Source: Camelus dromedarius
Lineage: Eukaryota
Length of the DNA: 64,000 nt
Direction: 5' to 3'
Assembly: GCF_036321535.1 (NCBI RefSeq)
Contig: NC_087437.1
Coordinates: forward strand, 18,416,001 to 18,480,000
Shown here: positions 56,968-64,000 of the stretch, piece by piece
Layout: each line of letters opens with the position of its first letter
Numbering within the stretch: the first letter of the stretch is position 1
The notes under the pieces: generated by a model
What the model saw: the letters and a program-made list of their open reading frames with translations, nothing else
The model's database searches: none
Told to the model about the DNA's origin: nothing
Made by a program: the position numbers and the translations under genes

Positions 56968-59820
56968 CAAAGCTGTGGTCATCTTTGAACCAGCCCTTCT
57001 GCCCTGTCCTCCCCGGGCTCTGCTGTGCTCCTCAGATGGGCTGTGTGCCCTCCCTCTCCCACTAAAGACTAGACTGGGGAGTCTCCAGGCTGAGTAACCC
57101 CTGCTGCTGTTCCTCAGAGTCACTTCCACTTCTTTTAACCTTAAGCCTCTGTGGCCAAAGCCAGGCCAGGCCAAGGCTGTGCAGAGGGTTGTCTGCCTTG
57201 GAGCAGCCACACCCCTTGATGCTGAGTGGTGTCACGTGGGTGCCGCACCCATGCTCAAGGTGGCCAGGGTGGCAGCAGGTATCCTTATGGGTTAGGTACC
57301 CCCAGAGGCGGTGGTTTTTTTGGCTTATATAATGTATAAAACTTTTTACTTTGTAGCCAACATTTAAAAAATCAGTTTCACATAAAAATTCAGATTTCTG
57401 TCTACTCTAAAAATTTAGACTCTGGCAACCCTATTGCAGATATGCTCCTACTGCAACAGTCAGTTGGTGGAAGTGACTGTGGCCTCCCGTTTACCACAGG
57501 CCCCTCTGCTCCCTATTGCATGTTCCCATCCCCTCTCTCATTTATCGACCTGGCCTCTGCCAATATGTGAATGTGGGATGTCCTTTTGTCTCCCGAGTCC
57601 CTTTTTCTGCTACTGCAGAGTAACGCAGTTGAGGTGGTGGGTCAGCCAGGACGTGTAGGCTGGAGTTGAGCCATTCAGCACTGGCAAAAAGTATCTGTCT
57701 CATGGGCAGGGGACTGCTGATGCAGAGGGAGGCCTGCCCCTGGCATCCAGGCCTTCCCTTTGCTGGTTGTCACCACCTCTGCCCTTCTCCTGGGCCACTT
57801 ACCTCCTGGGCTGGTGTGAGGCCATGGGTTCTGTGAGACAGCCACTCCGGGCTGGGAACCCACACACCCATCTCGGAGGGAAGACAGGATGAGAGCGTTT
57901 GCCTTGCTGCCATCAGGAGGCTCTGGGGGCCGGGATGTGGCACCCCCAGCCCGAAGCACGGATGGTCAAGGAGCTGGGCCCTGGGAGCTACGGGGGGCTC
58001 AGCGTTTTGGGAGTGTGTGTGGCAGGGAAGGACACCCTCATCACCACTCCTCCTGCTGAGCTGGGGCCCAGGTATGTCCAGGGGGCTCCCTTGTGTGGGC
58101 CACCACTCCACTCCTCTATGTGATCCATGGGCACAATGCCCACACTACCCCCACCCCACCCCCCAGCAGAATCCCAACTGGCTCCCAGCATCAGCCCTGC
58201 ATTTTGGAAATGCAGGCAGTGGACACCGGGAGCATCTCTGCAGAAGGAGGTGCCAGGGCTCTAGTGGGACCCTAAGATGAGGAAGATGAGGTGCAGCCCC
58301 GAGCCCACCCGAGCGAGGGGAACATGACAGTAAAACAAGTCCCTGTTCCTAGAGTTGAAGGGAGAAGGGGAGAACCCGCTCCCACGAGGAGGCAGTGTGG
58401 CCATGTGGCTGAGCTAGGAGCATGTGGTCACTTGATGGAAATGCGTGGCCTGGACAACCATGGAACCCCAGTGACCTCGGGCTAACAGTGCCTTCTGGGT
58501 GACAAGTCAAATGGAATAGTGGCTGCAAAGCGCTCTGGCTGCCATCCGCCACCTGGCTGGCGCTCTGTAGAAACAGGCAAGGCAGCTAAGTGGAAGGAGA
58601 CTGGGAAGTAGGAGGCCGGGGAAGAGGGGATGTCTTCGGGAGGCTAGGGGAACAGGAAGGGAATGTTTTCATGGGCCGAGAAGAGGTGGAAAGGCGTGAG
58701 GTGGACACCATTCATCGGCAGACTCCGTGGGGCCCTGATGAATTGGGTACCACTCCGGTCCCCAAGAACACTGTACTCGGCATCAGTGGGTGAGAGGCTG
58801 CATGAGCAGGAAGGGGACAGGATGCCAGGGGCAGCTCAGGGAGGGCCCGCAGTGCCACGGTCAGTTGGTGGGGAGAGCTTCGGGCTCCCCTGGCCAGCTT
58901 TCTAGGAGGGGTACTGTGCCTGAGGGGCTGAGGGGTGACAGTGCTGGAGTGGGGGGAAGGCAGTGCCGGTGGAGGGGGACCAGGCAGGAGGCAGAGCCGG
59001 GCCACTGAGGCAGATGTGCCGTGAGCGCAGGGTTGTTAGGCCTTGGCCTAGGATTTGAGGTGAAGGGATGTCAGAGCTGGTCGGGGAGGAAGATGAGAGA
59101 GTAGCTGTGCAGGTGGATGGGAAAGCGGGTCTGGTGGGGGGTGCTGGGGAGTGGTGCTGGCTGGAGCCTGAGCAGCCCCAGGAGGAGATGTGAGGAGGTG
59201 AGGGCTCACATGGAGCCCCTCCCCTGGGCATGGGCCGAGGGGGCAGCTGAGTCAGAATGGGGATAGCAGCCTGCCAGTCTTTGGGAGCCTGAGGGCCTCA
59301 CTTTGGGGAACCCCAGAGTGTTCAGAAGCTGACCCTCCCCAGGAGGGTGATACCATTGTGACTTTCCCGATGGGCATGCAGACTCCTGCCTCGGGCTGCG
59401 AAGCTCTCCTCAGCCGGGTGAGACTGCCCAGCACTAGGAAAATATGAATAGGCCCCCAGGACTGAGAATAAGAGTTTAAACATAAAGCCACTTCCTCCTC
59501 TCTGCCTCTAGCTGCCACTCCGGAAGCTGTGGGCCAGGCGGCAGTCCTGCCCCTCACCCATGGACTGAGTTCACTCCATCCTCCCTATGGTGGGGGATGT
59601 GGGGACACTGGGGTTGGGGGAACCTCAGCCCGTGAGGACTTGGGCCTGTGAGGGCCCAGTGGCCAGGTGGCAGCACCCCCGTGGCCTGGAGATGCCAGTG
59701 GAGCACATTGTTCTGAGGGGTTGTGTGGACCCTGAGACACTGAAACCCTCCAAAAGCCTCCCAGACCCATCTGGTGCCCTGGACTAGCTGGGGGGTGAGT
59801 GGAGCAGAGTTTTAGTTTTT

Positions 59821-60062
59821 TTTTTTAATTCTTATTTTTTATTGAAGTGTAGTCAGTTTACAAGTTAGTTTCAGGTGTACAGCAAAGCGATTCAGTTATA
59901 CATATACATCTATTATATATATATATATATATATATGTTTTTTCAGAATCTTTTCCATTACAGCTTGTTACAAGAAATTGAATACAGTTCCCTGTGCAGT
60001 ACAGTAGGTCCTTGTTGATTATCTATTTTATATACAGTAATGTGTATCTGCTAATCCCAACT
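59821..60062 (-). mobile_element. Short LINE-1 3' UTR insertion with a perfect 14-bp TSD
   Basis: A poly-T head and an L1 3' UTR similar to 56360-56570. TSD gagttttagttttt at 59807-59820 and 60063-60076. Confidence 0.88.
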
Positions 60063-62424
60063 GAGTTTTAGTTTTTAGTTGTCAGGTCTGGGTGCCAAAT
60101 CCCAGCTTCGCCCTTTTCCATCTGTGCCCTCAGGCACATGCCTTCACGTCTCTGACTCTGCTGCCTGCTGGTCGAAAAGGGGAACCAAATGCCACCCCAC
60201 ATAGTTCTCCCTTGAGGCCGTGGTGGCTGTGCCCATTCCACCTGCGTGACCTTCCTGCCCCCACCTGAGCCTGCAGACCTTTCCCGTCTGCTCCCCTCTC
60301 CTCTGAGCTTCTGGAGACTTGAGTTTGTCCTGTGCAAGTTGTCCAGTCTCCACTGGGCTTTTCTGGCTGGTTAACTTCACTGCAGTCATCAGAAAGAGTT
60401 GTGGGCTTGATGGATTGGGCCACCTTCCAGCAAGCCTGCAGGGCACGCCTGTGGGGAGAGGGGATCAGAGGTCGTGTGGGCCCCCTGTGCTCCCCCCAGC
60501 CTCACCCTGCAGCCCCGGCACTTGTTCCTTCGTCATTTGATGCTGTTGAGCAGCTGCCGAGTGCCAGGCACTGTGCTTAGCGCTAGGGATACAAAGATGA
60601 ACATCTCTAGTTGTCAGGGAGCCAACAATAGGTCCTCCCTGCTCCCTGACCACCCTCACCCCACCCCCACCGCACACGTCATGTATTCTGCACTCGAGTC
60701 ACAGAGTATTGCTGGCAGCACTTGGCATCTCCTTGGTTCTTCACACCTCCGTGCTTTACACCTTTGCAACTTCTCGTCCTCCCCTGGGATTCACTTGTCC
60801 CTGTCATTCACCTTAGCTGACACCTACTTGGCTTCCAAGACTCCATTTTGGCATTGCCTCCACCAGGAAGCCTTCTGCAGTGTCCCCAGGCTGGGTGAGA
60901 TGCCCCCACACCGCTGCTCCCCTCATGCTCCTATTTAGCCTATGTTCTGTAACCCTCCGCCTGCTCCTCCCCCTATACAAGCTGTGAACCCCAAGGTAAG
61001 GGGCTGGGGCTCATTCATCTCAGTCTCCCCAGGCCCCAGGCCCCAGCACACTGGAGATGCTCTGGGAACATTTACTGGATGTGCAAGTCTCCTGGCGCTG
61101 AGAACTCTATGTGCATGGAGGGAAGAGTGGCCTCAGTGGTGGCCTGTCCACTGTCCTCCTGGATCATTTTCCTCTGGGCTCAGTTAAAACTTGGTCCTTT
61201 TTCACGTCATGTGTCCTGTTAGGTTTTCTTTCCAAGGATAAACCCAGCAAACCAGTAGAAACCCAGAGAGAGAAAGAGGCTAGGTTTTATGATGGAGAGT
61301 GCTTCTGGATTTAAAGTCCAGAGAGGGAAACTGTATTTAATTATGAGTTCCCAGCAATTTGGTATCTGCCTTGGTCTATTCAGTGAACGAGCATCTCCTG
61401 CATATTTGAGGAAATGCCTTTGACGGGCTTAAATCTCCTCCATTGTTGGGTCAATGGCATTCAGGGGCTTGCTGTCCTACAGCACTGCTGCAGGGATCCT
61501 GCCCCACAAGGCAGAATGGGGGAGCTGAGACCAGCACGCATGTGAGCAGGAGAGCACCCCAAGGAGGGAGTAGTGAGGGGTTGAGTTCTGTTGAGTTGTC
61601 ATCTGTGAAGCAGCCAGTTTGCAGGCCACAAGCTCAGGAAGAACTCTGGAGAGCCTGGAGGGCTCTCTGTAGGAGGAGGGACTTGGGATGGACTTCAAAG
61701 GAGTTTGGTAACGACCAGATGTTTATTGAGTACTCTATGGGCCAGACACGAGGCCAAGCAAATAAATGTAGCTATCATGACTACTGTAAGGCATACGCTG
61801 CCACTGTCCCTACCTTTACAGTAGAGAAAACCAAGGCACAGAAGGCAAGAAACATGCCTAAGGAAGCAGCTGTGTGAGTTCATAGCTCAAGCTCCTTGGT
61901 GAAGAGTTCCAGGGAGGGGCTGGCCCCAGGCTGGGCAGGGAGCAGCCTACCTGCAGGACAACAAGGAGATGGGCTGGGGTAGGGGCGGGGACCAGCACAG
62001 TGGGGAGGAACCCAAACAGGGGTGCTGGAAAATGAGGTCTTAGAGCCCCCCTGGCGCTCCCACCATGCTGGACACCTGCCTGATCCCTTAGCCTCCTCCC
62101 TGGTCCTCAGGGCAGGAGCACTTGGCAGTACCAGACCTGTGTCCTCATTGGCAGACTCTGTCCCAGTTGGGATGGGTGCAGGGACGTGTCTGTTCCCAGT
62201 GACTAGTATTCACCCTGGGTACTTCTTAGGCCCTGACCTGCTCAGCTTCTCCTCTCACAGGGGCAGCAGTCTGGCCTTGAAGGCCTCCCTGACTCTGACA
62301 CCACATCCCTGGCTCACTGCTGACCTGTTCTCAGTGCTTTTGGATCTGCTGCCTCTGGCCTGGCTGAGCCCTGCACCCTCCCACCACCCTGCCAGACACG
62401 AGAGGCTGTCTAGCCTGATGAGCT

Positions 62425-62650
62425 GGCCGCAGGCTCTGGAGCCACACTATGTGGTTTCAGCTCCTGGCACCACTGCTTTCCGGCTGGATGACCTTAGAAA
62501 AGGTATTTTACTTCTTTGTGTCTCAGTCTCTTCAACTATAAAATAGGGACAAAGTTATCTCTCACAGGGTTGTTAGGCAAATTCAAAGTTAATTTGATAA
62601 AAATCTTCCAACAGCACCAGACACATTGCGTAAATGAAGGGCTTCTATTA
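62425..62650 (+). mobile_element. MIR SINE
   Basis: gatgaccttagaaaaggtattttacttctttgtgtctcagtctcttcaactataaaataggga...ctcacagggttgtt. Confidence 0.7.
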
Positions 62651-64000
62651 TTTTTAACATGATCACTGTTGTAATCATCACAGCAGGTCATTTCTGCACA
62701 CCTCCTCTGGGACTCAGTGCTGGGTCGTGCTTGGCTCAGCTCCAGGCTCCGTCAGGTGGCACTCACACACTAGCAAGTAAGACCCAAGTGTTAACAGTTG
62801 TGATATAGGAAGCATGTGGTACTTGGGGTTTGTGACTAAGGCCAAGGACATTTTGTCCCTGGCTTACTTCAAGCTTTGGCCCTTGGTTGGATCTCTGAAT
62901 TCCTGTCTGATCATTTCTGCTCTGCTGCCAGCAGTCCAGGTGTAATCCTGGCAGAGGAGCTTGGATTTGATGGGGTAGAAAAGTAGGGGCTGATGTATTA
63001 AACTACCTGATGTTTACTGAGCATGCCCTATGGGCCAGACACCACGCCTAGCAAAAGATTGGCTAACAGAGTTCTCCAGAGAGAGCCAGGCAGGCTCCCC
63101 TGAAGGTCCGGAGCCCTTCCCATGGAACAGGCTGGCCAGGAGGTGGGATGTTTTGGAGGGAACCTAAGGAGCAGTGGGTTAGATCTGGGATGGCAAACAA
63201 GTTTCCTCTCTGGACCAGTCACCTGGTTCTGGCTGCCAAGGGTGCTGCATTGAAAAGGGTTCTAAGACTGAATAGGAAAGAGGACCATGATGGACTGATG
63301 TCCACCATGGCTCTGGGAATGGGAGGGACAGCACCCGTGCCACCTACTTACCATCTAGACCTGATGATGTTTAAGGTCCTGTACAGCAGAAAATGACACA
63401 ACACAGTTCTTGCTAATGAAGTGAGCTGAATGCACTGGTGGCTTCCTGGAGGAGCTGGGTGAGGCAGTGACAGTTCTGGGTTTGGATTAGCAAAGATGGG
63501 AGACAAAAGGCTGGAGCAAAGTCTGGGGAGGGGAGAGTGGATCCTTAGAGATGCCAAGTGGCTGAGACCCCTGGCGGGGCTGCACACCATTTATGCCTAG
63601 CCTGCAAATCAGCAGCCCTAGGGAAGCTGCCCATTTCTGGGAATTGTGCAGAAGGGAAGGGCAGCTCCTGGAATGCAGAGCCATTTCCTCCACAGGGGTT
63701 GGGTCACTCCCCCAGTGTATCCTCATCCCCCTGAGCTGGGCACACCCAGACATCACACAGATGAGATTAGCTTCCCAGGGCTGATTCAGCTCAATGTTTG
63801 TAAAGTCCTTTCACTCTCCAAAGAGCTCCATTAGTGAATGTGCCCCCTTCTTCCAGCTTTATTTACCAAACAACTTGTAGTTCGACTGATGGGCGAGGGG
63901 GGGTCTTTAAAATGATTAGTATAGCAATAGAGAAGCAAAAAGCAGTGACCACTAAACCTTCAATTAAATTGGTATCATCTTTGGAGAGGCTTTGGGCTGA

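Noticed and set aside
46240..64000. Search for the first MRAS coding exon (GDGGVGKS motif)
   Set aside because: Not found by eye or in the ORF track. It is presumably downstream of the window, so no MRAS CDS is reported.

Overview
Mammalian genomic DNA, not prokaryotic. It is most likely camelid (alpaca, llama or camel), inferred from Vic-1-like tRNA-derived SINEs. The gene order matches the human ARMC8-NME9-MRAS locus as I recall it. (1) Last coding exon and 3' UTR of ARMC8 (+, from 3161 to about 5775). (2) A complete, intact 11-coding-exon NME9/TXNDC6 gene (-, 27173 to 8590; 1023 nt CDS, 340 aa) with a thioredoxin WCGPC domain and an NDP-kinase-like domain; all introns are GT-AG and phases are consistent. 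(3) A transposon-dense intergenic block, about 28-45 kb, with deeply nested L1/MaLR/SINE insertions. (4) The CpG-island promoter, candidate non-coding first exons and part of intron 1 of MRAS (+, from about 45.2 kb); MRAS is assigned by synteny, and its coding exons were not found in the window. Most ORFs in the supplied track are spurious. I found no convincing new gene system. The best leads are regulatory: an RFX+FOXJ1-type module at NME9, a MEF2/CArG-like/M-CAT module plus a uORF at MRAS, and an internal promoter-like island in NME9. Other leads are a C-terminal extension of NME9 and unusual insertion or duplication scars. Comparisons with human proteins and repeat family names are from memory and need alignment to confirm.
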